Shown piece by piece: positions 63,180 through 64,000 of a stretch of DNA of 64,000 nucleotides (position 1 is its first letter; each line of letters starts with the position of its first letter). The DNA lies in assembly GCA_963779415.1 (NCBI GenBank), contig CAVZYA010000002.1, forward strand, positions 416,001-480,000. The letters run 5' to 3'. This stretch comes from an uncultured Acidobacteriota bacterium. Lineage in GTDB: Bacteria; Acidobacteriota; Thermoanaerobaculia; UBA5066. The translations under genes and the position numbers were made by a program. The notes under the pieces were generated by a model. It had not been told where the DNA came from. It saw only the letters and a list, made by a program, of their open reading frames with translations, and made no database searches.

Positions 63180-63583
63180 TGCGCTATCTCCTCGACACCG
63201 ACACGCTCATCTACATCCTGAAGCGCCGGCCACCGGACGTCGCGGCGCGCTTCGAGAAGATGTCTCCCGAGGATGTGGCGATCTCGATGATCTCGATGGC
63301 TGAGCTTATGTTCGGTGCGGAGAAGAGCGGGAGTCCAGCTCGTGCGCGCCGAGCGGTCGAGAAGATCGCCGAGGTGCTTCGTGTGCTTCCGCTTGACGAA
63401 GGTGCGGCCCGGGTTTACGGGAAGTTGCGGGCGCAGCTCGAGAAGCGCGGAACGCCCATTGGCGCCTTGGACACCCTCATCGCCGCCCATGCATTGTCTT
63501 TGCGGGCCACGCTCGTCACGAACAACACGAGGGAATTCGCAAGGGTTCCGGGCCTTCAGGTGGAGAACTGGGTCGCTGGTTGA
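63179..63583 (+). CDS. vapC: VapC PIN toxin (tRNA-fMet endonuclease-like)
   Basis: YLLDTD, EL.FGAEKS, IG..D.LIAAHA, LVTNN.REF.RV.GL..ENW. Confidence 0.94.
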   Translation: MRYLLDTDTLIYILKRRPPDVAARFEKMSPEDVAISMISMAELMFGAEKSGSPARARRAVEKIAEVLRVLPLDEGAARVYGKLRAQLEKRGTPIGALDTLIAAHALSLRATLVTNNTREFARVPGLQVENWVAG

Positions 63584-63680
63584 CCGGCGGGGGACACGGG
63601 TTCATCAGAGGCGGCCAGACGAAGAAGGCATGATCAATCGATACGCATGGAACCTCGCCGCCCGGTACGATTGAGGAAAT

Positions 63681-64000
63681 ATGGCGATTTCGATCCACTC
63701 CGGAATGGGAGCCGTGCCGTATCCCGGCGGCGCCGGCTTCCGTCTCTGGGCGCCCTTCGCGTCGGGCGTGGCGGTGGCGGGATCGTTCAACGGCTGGAGC
63801 CCGACGGCCGCGCCGCTTTCGCCCGAGGGGAACGGCTTCTGGTCGGCGGACGTGCCGGGCGTGGGCGTCGGGGATGAGTACAAGTTCGTCGTCACGAATG
63901 TGGCGCGACCCGCGCCGCTCTGGAAGAACGACCCGTACGCCCGCTCCATGACGAGCTCGGCCGGCAACGGGATCATCGCCGCCACGGACTACGTCTGGCA
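63681..64000 (+). CDS. GH13 / CBM48 glycogen branching enzyme-like protein (runs off window)
   Basis: Manual translation: GMGA..FRLWAPFA..V.VAGSFNGW..G.W..V.G..GDEYKF..DPYAR. Confidence 0.85.
   Translation, partial: MAISIHSGMGAVPYPGGAGFRLWAPFASGVAVAGSFNGWSPTAAPLSPEGNGFWSADVPGVGVGDEYKFVVTNVARPAPLWKNDPYARSMTSSAGNGIIAATDYVW

Overview
GC-rich bacterial chromosome segment spanning the replication origin. The gene order and proteins suggest Acidobacteriota, possibly Thermoanaerobaculia (inference). Bases 1-53.2 kb are core genome: recF-dnaN-oriC-dnaA, rpmH-rnpA-yidD-yidC-mnmE-mnmG-rsmG-parS-parAB, a split atp operon, bacillithiol genes bshC/B1/A, tRNA-Leu-secG-tpiA-pgk, mtnA, tsaD, hutI, polA, selB, comEA, ubiX/ubiA, pilT and others. 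Several essential genes are frameshifted, often at G/C runs, most likely from long-read assembly errors. tmRNA (ssrA, 53314-53674) is followed by a ~10 kb, integrase-free, co-directional array of about 11 intact or decayed toxin-antitoxin modules. Four units of this array end, at or within ~5 nt of their last stop codon, in a diverged repeat. That repeat is the antisense 5' end of an RNase Z-like metallo-beta-lactamase gene and carries a core matching the last 13-14 nt of ssrA. This possible non-integron cassette-accretion array is the main candidate novel system. All family assignments come from motif recognition by eye; no database searches were run.
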